Part shown: piece after piece, positions 13,436-24,399 of the stretch
How positions within the stretch are numbered: the stretch's first letter is position 1
How the letters are laid out: every line of letters starts with the position of its first letter
Translations under genes and position numbers: made by a program
The notes under the pieces: generated by a model
What the model was told of the DNA's origin: nothing
Databases searched by the model: none
Seen by the model: only the letters and a program-made list of their open reading frames with translations
Source of the DNA: Basidiobolus meristosporus CBS 931.73
Lineage: Eukaryota; Fungi; Basidiobolomycota
Direction of reading: 5' to 3'
Assembly (NCBI GenBank): GCA_002104905.1
Contig: MCFE01000437.1
Span: 1 to 64,000, forward strand
DNA length: 64,000 nt

Positions 13436-14320
13436 TTACTCTTGAAAATGCTCCAGACACATTTCTCTCAGTGGATGTCTTCTTGTATGAACATACTGTG
13501 CATTGATAAGTATCTTAACTATTTTACCTATTCTGCTGTTTTCTCCTATATATGACTTTCCTCTGTGTTTACCTGCCAATATGCTGAATCTCTTCAGATA
13601 TCCAAATGTGTGCTCTACCCTCACTCTGAAATGATTAAATATCTCATTGTAGAGCTTCTGCTTCCTGCTAAGCACACCATTCCTTGGCTTCCTATAAGCT
13701 GTAATATATCCTAATCTGTGAAAATCCTCTCCTATATAGGCTAAGTCTGCCATACATTTCTCCCCTCTACTGAATTCAGGATGATTCTCTACCCAGAGTG
13801 CTTTGTCATGCCTACTTCCAGTAAATGGCCCACTAAACCAGATGATGTTGCCCTCAATGTCAGACAGTGCTGGAAACTTCACACAGTATGCCTTGTACTT
13901 GCTAGAATAAAAGTGCCTCCACCCTGTAGAAGGTCTATTAATCCTCACTGGGAAGGTATCCAAAATACTCCTGATATGGAACCTGTTGCTGAACACTCTG
14001 GGATATGAAAGTCTATTGGAGCTTCTGAACCTGGTATTCCAAGCTTGCTCTAAGTCATTCATACCCTCTGCAAGGTGGTTCTCCATTGCTGTCAGCTGGG
14101 AATGAAAGCTTCTAGGACTTTTGTTGCCATGGATGGTGGGATGAAACCTTGTAGGGCAATAGTTCTTGTAATAGCAGAGAAGCTTAACATGGGATCTCCT
14201 TGAGTAGATTGGGGTTGATGGTCCACAGTACTTGGAATAGATCTCCTCTAGTGTGTCAAAAGGAAATCCAGTGGTAGTGATGGGATTGATGAGAAAAGAC
14301 CATTCAGATGAGTAAGTCAT
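13436..14320 (-). CDS. DDE_Tnp_4 (Harbinger/ISL2-type) transposase, 294 aa, uninterrupted
   Basis: Motifs ILDTFPV (D1), FYSSKYKAYCVKF, GPFTGSRHD, MADLAYIG (D2) and RKPRNGVLSRKQKLYN..RVRVEHTFGYLKRF (E) match the DDE_Tnp_4 pattern. Homologues lie at 26267-27175 and 33264-38780. Confidence 0.88.
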   Translation of the reverse strand: MTYSSEWSFLINPITTTGFPFDTLEEIYSKYCGPSTPIYSRRSHVKLLCYYKNYCPTRFHPTIHGNKSPRSFHSQLTAMENHLAEGMNDLEQAWNTRFRSSNRLSYPRVFSNRFHIRSILDTFPVRINRPSTGWRHFYSSKYKAYCVKFPALSDIEGNIIWFSGPFTGSRHDKALWVENHPEFSRGEKCMADLAYIGEDFHRLGYITAYRKPRNGVLSRKQKLYNEIFNHFRVRVEHTFGYLKRFSILAGKHRGKSYIGENSRIGKIVKILINAQYVHTRRHPLREMCLEHFQE

Positions 14321-14476
14321 ATTAAAATTGATGGATGATTGTATGGAGGCGGTTTGAATTGATTTGGCGCAATATGCATTATTTATCTGATTTTTAATAC
14401 ATTATGGTTAAATCTCCATCAATTGCCATTTATCCCATCCCCCAGCTCACAAGCATGGTCCAGACTGGAAAAGCCA

Positions 14477-15631
14477 ATGTCGGATCCGTTCAAGTTCTTG
14501 CCAAATGATTTTAGTATGGCCCAAGTGTCTATGATGAGCCTTCATACAGATATTTGGGCACTACTGATTAATCTATCAGAACTAGATACCTCAGAGAGTC
14601 AACAAAGATGGAAGAATTTGAGTAGAAAGCTGTGGCATGAGTTCTACATCAAGATGCCAGCCAATGTATGTAAGAAGATATATAATAAGACAAGTATTGA
14701 AATCAAGAATGAGCTGAGAGTGAGGGGATTTGACAAAGAAGCCACGCAGGAACAATTTTGCGCGCAATTTGCACAGTACAGGCTGGATGTGTCTGTTTGT
14801 GCCTCAACTTTGGGAACCAAAGAGATTTTGAATGAGTTTTTGCCTCAAATGACTAATGTACTATGTGATATATTAGTAGAGCTAAGTGGCTTCTGAGAGC
14901 AATATACACAGGACTCATCCAGGCAACAGCTCCAAAGTATCAGACAGAGGGTAAGTGAATACCTTGAGGAATCATATGGTGAGCTTCAGGAGGAAGAATA
15001 CAGACCGCAAGCAACAATGTCCAGATTGCACCAGCATGCCTTGCTGGATTCCCTACCATCTCTTGCAACCACAGCGTGCCGGCACATGTCAGTCCAGACC
15101 ATGCCAACACCCTTTACCAGAACGCCCCGCATCAAGTCAATGAGCATTGAGTCAACTCACACGCTTCAGAGCAAAACTACAAGAACTCACCAAACAGCTC
15201 ATTTAGACACAAGTCCATTGGAGTGGACCAAGCTGCATTAACATGCGGCATCACATTGAACTCAGCCAAGGGCCATCTCAACACATCAAGGCATGCCTGC
15301 ATGTGCCGTTTTGCCGGACCTTCAGCAAGTTACTGCTGGTGAACTGACTGATGATGACCTACATGAAGTGCCTCAACCACCGGAGCCCTTGGCAAGTAAA
15401 AGAACATGTCAGCATGTGGCACTACAGGCCGGTTCAGTTGGTTCAGTTGGAGCAATTCAGCGTGGCCAAGCTGCAGCATCACACTCATCAACTAGGAGGC
15501 AAAATACTGACTACAAATACACAAGTTGCCAAGATGATAGTCAGCCAGGAAGTAATATAGGTGTGCAGAGTGAGTCACTACCAAATGCTTCAGTAGTAAT
15601 CCCGGTGAGAAAAAAACCCAGGAGAAGATGA
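14477..15631 (+). pseudogene. PHIS ORF2, reconstructed about 384 aa, possible Myb/SANT-like DNA-binding accessory protein
   Basis: Track ORFs 14423, 15017 and 15293 share one frame. The three stops (14894 TGA, 15239 TAA, 15257 TGA) align to CAA codons in copy 2, so they are C-to-T lesions. The C-terminus ends RKKPRRR (NLS-like). Confidence 0.75.
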
Positions 15632-18600
15632 TGCAATTGCTTTGAATTTCTCCAATTTGTAATGATCCCAACAACCCATTTTTTTTGCAATCCAAATCAA
15701 GCCATTGCAAATCAGTGATCATCAAATTTTTGATATAAGTAATTTCAAGGTTGTCTCACATTTTAGACAGGACCCCTATAAATAAACACCCTGCATATAT
15801 ATACGTCATCTGCAATACCAGTGCAGCTATTGGATCTGTTTTGCACCTACACAATTGCTTGCGTGCTAGCTATGACATCTTGTCCAATCACTAGGATCAG
15901 GGATTTACTTGCTCAATGGGCAAATGGGATATTTGATGGCAAATCAGGTAGCTTTTTTAGTAGTCAATGAGCCAATTGGGGGCTGCCAGCTTCAGGATAC
16001 TTTTGGACCAATTAACCACTGAGATACCATCCAATTGGAGTGAGGGTAACCAAAATGGTAAGTATCAGTGTAGTTTATAGTGTGATACCCATTTATTTTC
16101 ATTTACATTAAAGAAACATATCCAAATACCGGATTTTACCTGCCATAATAGCGGTATCCAATCGCGCATGTGATGCAATTATTACAAGTTGGCAAAATCA
16201 TCCGTGCCAACCTCATTGTGTCAGATTGTGCCATAGTGTGTGAGATTGTCCCGCATAGTGCAAAATTGTCCAAGAATAATCCTGCCTTCTGGTAGCTATA
16301 ATATTGCGCCCAATTGTTCTTTACAACCGTGGATTGCGCCGCATGCCCTGGCACGGTACAATGGAACAAGTCTATTGGAGAAACTTGAAAGAATTGGCAA
16401 CATATTACAGAGTATCTGCTACCCTAAGTATGTTCCACAGGCTCCAATCAATTTTCATACTCATATGCAACAATACAAATGCAACAACTGAATGAAGTGG
16501 ATATGTACTTGTTCAAGTGGCATTCTGAAGCCATTCCTATCAGGAGTGCAGTGGAAGCATAGGGAGTCATATGTTGACATTGTAGGAATATCTATCAGGA
16601 AGTGGATCTTCAATGCCAACTTGATGCATCTACAGCTGTTGTGTAAGGAGTTTGCAACATCATTTGAGTAGCTACACTACAAACATAAAGCTGAACATGT
16701 AGATCTCTGACACTACTGTATCTATTCTCTACTGAATTTTACACATTGTGTGCAGAACATTGGTCCTTGATTGACCTTTTGGGAGTTTTCTATGGAGTGG
16801 ATGTGTGGGGAGAGAGGATGACAAGTCAGGTTGCAGGTACTACCATATCCCAATCTCATTAAGAATATTACCTTCACGTCTGTGATGGATGTGATGAGTT
16901 GGCACATGGAGGACAGCCAAGGAGACTTGGAAATTTCTCAGGATAGATGTGCAAATGGAGATACCTATGCCTATGGCATTAAGAAGCTAAGTGGCCCCAA
17001 TGCATAGGTAATCAGTTAAATAATGCAAAGTTGGGTTGGGTGCAACAGGCAACTAATTATTATTACAAAAACTCTACAAAGATGTGCAGAGTTTCTCATG
17101 GTCACAAGCCAACTTCTACACCATTCAATACAGAATCCACACAAACAAGAGCCAGGGCGCACCTATAAGGGGGACTAGAATTCAGCAGGGTGTAGGAATA
17201 TACTGGCTAAATACCAAGAAGTTCTTTGCAGATATTCAGGAGGTATTCATGGCAGAAGTGGCAACAACCAACAATATGTTTGCAAGATGTATATGTTACC
17301 AGCAGTACAAGGTATATGGCAACTTGGCAAGAATCACATTAAAAAGCCATAAAGTTGAGGTGACCGAAGTATGTCAACTGCAGCAGGTGTGTGTGTTTGT
17401 TGAGCTTAGTAAGCAGGAGGCCATAGCTTTGTTTGATTCAAACTACATGTGGAATACCCAAGGTAGTAGTGGGTAAGTAAATAAAGAGGGGTATTCTACA
17501 GTGGAATATTTGAATTACACAAGGGAAGGTAGAAAAAGGAAATACAATTTGGTAAAATTGTATAGTAGCATTATACAGAACTAGCTGTAGGCCACCATAT
17601 TGCTGTTATAATGCCATCTCAATCTTACTGTGAGGCCACTGTAACACCATCAAGATTTTTGTCATATAAGGCAATAGGATGTCCTCACATGTTGGATCCA
17701 TTTAAAATAGTTGTAGAGCGCTGGTCAGGATCAGATCCTCCTGCAGGACCCAGTTACTTTTCATAGGGTACATTACCCAGTCAGACCCTATGTTTGTGTA
17801 TATTGATTGGGTATTGCTCCTTTTGCACACTTCCCACTTCCTAACTGACATAATGTTCCAACTCTGATAAATGCAAATTGGTTTATTTTCACTTAATCTT
17901 CAGTTCTATTTGGTGGCCAGTTGTATTAACCTACACAAGTCACTGCACCCATCATTAGCACTGAGCACATTCACACACTCATCAATTAATGTGATTAAAA
18001 TCCACCAAAGTCAAGTTTTCTTCTATTACCTTTACAGTTCTTCTGCTACTAGCAGGCATGAGGAGTGGTATGTAGAATAGTCAATTTGCTACATTTTATG
18101 CACCAGAGCTAGCCAATTTAACACTAGCAGATATGAACTCATTTGACTTTCAGCTTGATTTGGCTGGTATTTAAACAAGCCTTGCTGGGGCACAGCTGTT
18201 GAGTTTACCTATATATTTGTTGAAATAATTGATGGAAGTAGAGGGCAGCTGATTAGTAAGCTCTATGAAGTGTTTGCTGGTTTAGTCTTCTGCAGAACAA
18301 TATGTACCTTTTGCTGCCAGATATGTAGTATCAGAAATACTCTTACCAAACTCAGTTCAGTTTGAAAATTGGAATTTGGTGTGTATTAGGCTTGTACAAC
18401 TGGATAAAGCTACCAAAGGCTACAGGGGCCATATAGTACCATCATACGCTGGGGATGCACAAAAAACTACACTCATAGCATGCTGAGATTAGTTATATGT
18501 TTGCTAGATATACATGGATGAATGATACTGTTTAGTCCACCAATACTACTAGTGCTTTGCATCAGTCCTGCCTAAGACATTTTGTCTGGATAGAGCACCA

Positions 18601-20519
18601 GAGCAATGGCACACTATGACACTATATGGTAAGCATAGTTGAGTGTGGCATCAACCAACAAAACAAATCTTACATATTAGCATAATGCAGACCTTAACTT
18701 TATTCTTCAGAAAAGTGAAATTAAGTCTAGCAATATGTACTTGTTAGAGAATTACATCAAAGAGGAGACTACATAGCATTTATGTAAATAGGTATATGAT
18801 TCATACCTTTATCTATATAGCTCACTACACTAGCTCATCAGCTGATGCTATGTTCATGTAGAATAAATGTTTATTATATGGCATACTTAACTGAGCTCTT
18901 ATCAATACTTTCAAAAAAATATTATAATAGCAGTAAATTGTTAGATATTAAGGCAGTGTCCAGTAGTTGTCTAGCTTGAGTCTCATATAGGAGGTCACTA
19001 TAGCAATCTAAGCCAGATGGAGCTTCCATCCGTGCTATAATTATTAGCTATTCTTTAATATTGTGCTCAAATATGCCAAATCAGCTTATTTAAATCACCT
19101 GTGCCAAGGTATTGTATTGCTTTATTTAGTTGCTGAGACTGGTCTTTGGATATGTTGGAGTATTAGCCAAATATGATGGAACCTGATCTGTGAAATATAA
19201 GCTAATACAGGAGTAGATACCATTAGTACCCCTGCATCCAGAGCTATCAAATTGTAGAATGTGCCCTTTCATTGTGGTCTTGCTTACAGAGAGTAGATTG
19301 TTTCCCACTTACACTACATAAGGATTGCTCAAAGTTAAGCAAGTAACTTCCTTCATCACATTTGATGCTTACTTGGGCAGTAGTTGCAAAAAACAGCATT
19401 GACCCACAGCTGCATACAGTCCAGATTAGCCATAAGGCATTGAATTGAGGCTCTCACAACAATGGCTGCTTACAATCATTGACCCTCTTAATGATCTACT
19501 GGTAGGCTCTTGACAGTGTCTTACTGTACTCATTGCCTAATTCATTGAGAATCTTTTCAATTTTTGATGGTCTTGGGTGCTACTTGCAGGGCATTGTGAT
19601 GGTTTTGAAATAGTCTTTGTCTATGAGAGTGGACCTAACCAGCCAACACATGCATATGCCTTATGCGCAACTGCCTTCAGCATAGAAACCATTATAGTTT
19701 CCAGTGGCATTAATGCAGACCTTTGATGACATATTCACATCAGTACAGCAATCAATATATAGTCCTCTCTAATGCCATCATACCAAAATCCCAAGTAGTA
19801 CTGTGCTTCAGCTTGCATTATGTCATAAATATAATCAGCTCAAGAAGCACCCCTATTTATATGCTTACAAACTAGTACTAGGGTATTTCACATATTGTTT
19901 AAATCCAAAAATTTGCCTGTTGTATATTAACTTCTACATACATGCACACCAGCTACTATGAGATCAGCATTTTTGATTTTTTGCCTGTAGTAAATTCAAT
20001 CAACTCCTGTCACAGACTTCTTGCATAAAAGTTGCTGATAGATTCTATTTATAGTAGCAATCTGCTTTTGGATAAGTATCCCCACAATGTCAGCATATGA
20101 CTCCCAATGAATTCATTGTGCACTAGGTTAGAATTGCTTTGAAAGGCTATTTGAGCTAACATATATACAGCTCATGCAGTTAGATGCATATGGTGTTTGC
20201 CATTAGATATACTAGGAATACTTGTGCTTGATTGGTACCAAGTTAGCACCTTAAGGCATTACAAAATATGTAGAACTGCATGCTCTTGTTTTGACAGGGA
20301 ATAAATAGAATATTCCCAAAATGTTGACAATTTGTTTTGCCAAAAGCTGTGGAGACCTGACAGTTTGGAATTGAACCATTTTCCAGCCAACAGCAGAGGA
20401 TCCTTGCAAAGTCTTTAATGCACAAAAGCAGTGTGCAAAAATAAAGTCCACTAAAAGCCCAATCTAAGAAGGGGAGGGAGGGACTGTGCTTATTATACCA
20501 AAGTCCAAGCCTGTAGCAT

Positions 20520-21400
20520 CCTCAAAAGCCTATCACAAGCAAGGCCAAAAGCTCTAGGCAAGCAACAAAGAAATATAAGATAGCAGGCAGCATGCTGGTA
20601 AGGAACAAGTAGGCTGGCATGGGTCTAACAGTGCAACATTTCTCAAAGAAAAAATGTTGTTCTACTCAGCTCAGAGTCAAAATAGCGGGGAAAAACCTGG
20701 GAGTGATGAATACAAACAGCATCCTTAGGAGCCCATCACCAGCAGAGCTGAAAGTGCTGCAATATTGGGCTATTTGTATCATTCCACAACCAAAAAACAA
20801 CTCACCAATCCTGAACTAGTCTTTGTCACTGCAGGACTTATTTACAGCACCAACTTTACCACTTTCTTTCAGATGTATGATACTATCATTATTCCCTAAT
20901 AATCAGAATCAAATTAGCACTTTTCCAAATATTACATCTTAACCCTGAAACTGTTACTTAATGTTCATGCCTATTGAAAAACTCTCCTAACCTAGTGTCA
21001 CAATTGTATTACCTGTACAAAGCTATAAATACTGATCTTCTTTAAGGATAAGCAGCATTTCAACTGTTATCATAATATCTTGATAAGTTACTTATATCCC
21101 AAGCCCTTCTTAAATTGCAACAGAAAGCCCAGAGCATGAGGTAAAGAACTGCCCAGTGATGAGAAAAGCTCCAGTAAGAGACAGGCTGGCACCAATGGAT
21201 GAACCACTTCCTTGTTTATTGCATAGAAAGCATGCTGAAATACAAGCACTTGATTGAGGTAGCAGGGATTAGTAGTTCTCACCTATCAAGGCCATTAGCC
21301 TAGAACAGTCCAAATTGTATGATAGCTGAGAGAAATCTTCAAGTAGACAATAGCTGCTTCCTCTAAAGTTGGAAATGAAACTAGTAGAGCTACACTCTAT
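20520..21400 (+). mobile_element. Decayed CMC ORF X remnant interrupted by a copia solo LTR
   Basis: acaagcaaggccaaaagctctaggcaagcaacaaagaaa resembles 54340-54380 of ORF X. Boundaries are approximate. Confidence 0.5.
20755..21122 (+). repeat. Copia solo LTR (368 bp)
   Basis: Colinear with the reverse complement of the LTR at 37997-38365. Runs TGCTGCAATATTGG...TTCTTAAATTGCAACA, with a perfect 5-bp TSD GAAAG (20750-20754, 21123-21127) and no PBS after it. Confidence 0.9.
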
Positions 21401-21729
21401 TGATACAGTTCAGGTTGCATAGAAATGCACTTAGTCTACCATAGCTTCCACATCTTTTGCTGTAGAGAGTGGCAATACTACTGACAGACAAAGCAACAAT
21501 GCCAAGATACTTGATGACTATAATGATGCCTATGGTGGAATTTTGGAAAGATAATGGGTGCAGTCAGAGGTGCAGCACTTTCTTTCAGAGTAATGCTCAT
21601 GGAAATACACTTGAATATTATTAGGTGTTGATGCAATGACCCTGCTGATGAGGTGCCAGTCATTGGAGTACTAGGCAAAGATTAAGATGTATGGAAACCA
21701 GTGAAGAAGCAATGACATCAGGCAACTCC

Positions 21730-22170
21730 TTCAAATTGCTCTGGTGTCTCCAAGGGCTTGTTTAGCTTGAGATGCCCCATGCAAAACTTGGCTGTCAGTG
21801 TCAGAGCTTCCCTGGATATGGAAAAAACCATGAGCTTTGATATAGTAGTCACCCATTATCACCCTGTATGATTACATACAACATATATGCAGCAATAGGT
21901 ATGGGTAACTGCATACATTGAAAGGGGAATTAGTCTCAGATATCAGCAAAACTGCCATCAGATATCTGCTCCAATAGCATAACATGGGCTGTAGACCTTG
22001 GGCAATGAAATTTAGTGGCCAGCAGGTTTAAAGCAAGAACCATGTTCAAAGAGATCCCATCCAGTGTCAAGTTAGATGAAAGGATTTATATATCTTCTGA
22101 GAAATCCTTGTTTCTTGGCTGCTTGGTACAATAACTGCTGAACATAACATATATGATTGCAGAGGCAATT
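21730..22170 (-). mobile_element. Diverged Tnp2-like transposase remnant
   Basis: ccaagggcttgtttagcttgagatgccccatgcaaaacttggctgtcagt is the reverse complement of the ILMTKLYMGQFKLNEPL region (7250-7305). Confidence 0.55.
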
Positions 22171-22193
22171 GATGGTCTAACACCATGATCTGG

Positions 22194-22370
22194 CTATGTT
22201 AGGTACTTATCTTTCTCATAAGTGATTAAAGCATTGTAAGGAAGCTGGCTAATGATTTCAGAGACTCTTTGATCTAATCCTTCCTCAAATTTAATGTCCT
22301 GGCTGTTGATTAGCTCCTGAATTCTGCCATCATACCATCTATACTCTTTGGTAATCTCAGAATACCAAGG
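22194..22370 (-). mobile_element. Copia pol remnant (integrase-RT linker)
   Basis: ORF 22194-22433 LINSQDIKFEE..QRVSEIISQLP matches KLIKSRVVVFEE..QKATEIIGQLP in ORF 35141-36190. Confidence 0.65.
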
Positions 22371-24399
22371 CAAAATTCCATTCCTACTCCTGGCTCCAAC
22401 TATGTGCAATATTGGCCAAGGATGTGATAGCAAACATCACTGCAAGGAATCCTAAAGTGCTGGAGGTCTACTCCTTACTTGTATATAGTAGGTAAAAGTA
22501 CACTACCCTATGTGTGCTTGGTGACTGATGATTGCAAAAACCTCTGGTCCTAATTTGTAGGTGTTTCTAGTACTAGCACTATATTAAGTGATGCTGCTTC
22601 TCTATTTTGCTAGGTGCTTCATGTGTTTATAAAAGCCTTTATAACTTTTGTTACTACCCTCAATGCTCCATAATAGCAGGACTAAGGTGTATTGCTCATG
22701 TTAAGCTCAATGATCAAATACTTATCAACAATAGGAAAGTACTGCTGATAAAAGGGGTGGTTAATTGATCTGGGACTGACTTCTTGTTATACTTAAAAGG
22801 ATTGCCAAGTCATTATTAGTGACAGGGTTTTAGAGGTTTCCCTTGTATACTGGTCTTGGTGATGGCACAATAAGTTAGAGATACTGTAAGAAGGTTCTGG
22901 AAGGTTGAGGTTGCTTAGCACATCCAACCAATCAAGGATCAGTGGGTAAAAATATTAGTATCAAAGAGTTACCATATATAAAATGGAAATGGTAAGGATA
23001 GTAACACTGACATAGGTCATTTCATGGGAATTGTTGCTGTTACTTAAGCACCTTTGCTGTAAGGAATTACCTCAAGTAGTTCTATTATGCTAATCAAAGT
23101 TGATCCACCTTGTAGTGTATCTGCAGAGGGCCACCAGTAAGTTTTTGGAGCAGTTTATTGGTGCTCAAGGATACAACACAAAGAACACCGGCCTTAGTAT
23201 GGGGGACAGAGTCACAGATGTATATGCCAAGGGGAAAAAACCAAAAACACTGAAGTTTCCCAAAGCCATTTAGTACAATGATGAAGAATGCATTGATGTT
23301 CCAGCAACCACTAGAAGTCTGGCATGCTTGCATCTTACAGCTAGTGTACCATGGACCTATTGGGAACCAAACTCTATTAAGAAATATTTAGCCATGCAGG
23401 TGGATGCAGTCCTGATCAGCTCTCAGAACCCTGACATTAGGCTACATAATGCCAGCAGCTTGGAATTCTTGACTCTCTTTATGATCTTATGATGGGATTG
23501 TATCAGTGTTTATTGTTCTACATCCAGATAGATTATCAAACTTGAGAGCTTTTTGACAGTTGGGTGAAAGACTTGCATGGCATTCTAGTGGTCACATTAT
23601 GGTCTACCCTTATTTAGGCAAGCCCAACTAGCAAATAGACTTGTCCCATTGCAGCATGCCATGGCATGTACTGCAATCCACAGATGCAAAGAACTTCTGG
23701 GTGCAGTGTTGTAGCTACCAGTAGGCAGGATTACTCTTGAATGATTTTGCACTATGTGGGTCAGTCTTGCACACTATGGCTTAGTCTTATACCATGAGGT
23801 TGGCATGGATGATTGCGCCAACTTGTAATGCTTGCATCACATACATGATCAGATACCATTAAACTGATAGGTAAAATCCAGTATTAGGATTTGTTTCTTT
23901 AATTTAGTTGGAAATAAATCCATATCCCACTATAAGCCACACTGATACTTACCATTTTGGTTACCATCACTCCAAATGTATGGAATATCAATGTCTGACT
24001 GGTCTGAAAGTATCCTGAAGCTGTTAACCCTCAATTGACTCATTGAACAATGCAAAAGCTACCTGATTTGCCATAGGATATCCCATATTACCCATTGAGC
24101 CACTAAATCTCTGATCTTATTGATTAGACAAGGTGTCATAAAAAGCATGCAACCAATCATGTAGGTGCAAATTAGATCAAATAGCTGCACTGGTGTTACA
24201 GATGATGTATTTATATGCAGGGTGTTTAGTATAGGGTGCTCTGTCTAAAATGTGAAAAAAAATTCACTTTACTTATAGCAAATGTATAGTGATCATTGAT
24301 TTGCAATGGCTTAATTTGATTTGCAAAAAAAATGTGTTATTTGGATCACAACAAATGGTTGCAGTTCAATGAAATTGTATCATCTTCTGCTAGGTTCTT

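Larger units (their letters stand above)
13273..16373. mobile_element. PHIS-superfamily (PIF/Harbinger-ISL2EU-like) two-ORF DNA transposon, copy 1 (3101 bp, best preserved)
   Basis: 25-bp TIR with 2 mismatches (AGACTTGTTCCATTGTATAGTGCCA / revcomp AGACTTGTTCCATTGTACCGTGCCA). TSD ATT (13270-13272, 16374-16376), with the empty site verified against the CMC copy at 7291-7330. Encodes a DDE_Tnp_4-type transposase and a divergent ORF2. Confidence 0.92.
12560..17600 (+). pseudogene. Tnp2-like transposase with internal deletions, split by the PHIS element at 13273-16373
   Basis: 12929-13150 reads CPNCQESTTIEGKH..NIFD. The flanks rejoin as gagccctttgagatatt|ggagaaacttgaaagaattggc, matching the uninterrupted 7291-7330. 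Confidence 0.8.
9764..17768 (+). mobile_element. CMC/EnSpm element with both termini (about 4.9 kb excluding the nested PHIS element)
   Basis: 5' end CCCTAGGAAAAA and 3' end CTTTTCATAGGG, with a 3-bp direct repeat TAC on both sides (9761-9763, 17769-17771). Carries the divergent ORF X (-) and Tnp2 (+) pseudogenes. Confidence 0.9.

Noticed and set aside
13436-14320. Bacterial IS5/ISL2 contamination or a prokaryotic contig
   Set aside because: The elements are interleaved, with TSDs, among eukaryotic LTR retrotransposons and CMC elements and share the same CpG decay. An ancient horizontal origin is not excluded.
15780-15830. DDV(Y/F)ICRVF as the end of a BAH domain
   Set aside because: The match is only 7-9 residues and the upstream BAH elements are not convincingly present; kept only as part of the speculative third-ORF finding.
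14423-16373. TnpB/Fanzor or YqaJ-type nuclease cargo in the PHIS or CMC elements
   Set aside because: I found no RuvC D/E/D series with a CxxC...RDxNA motif and no PD-(D/E)xK pattern in ORF2, ORF X or the right-hand region. A profile search on repaired frames would be needed to exclude them fully.
18050-20500. Possible host gene or further TE in the unassigned interval (also 22440-23090 and 44400-45140)
   Set aside because: There is no long ORF or recognisable motif and the intervals are CpG-depleted like the repeats, so they are most likely old decayed TE sequence that I cannot classify by eye.
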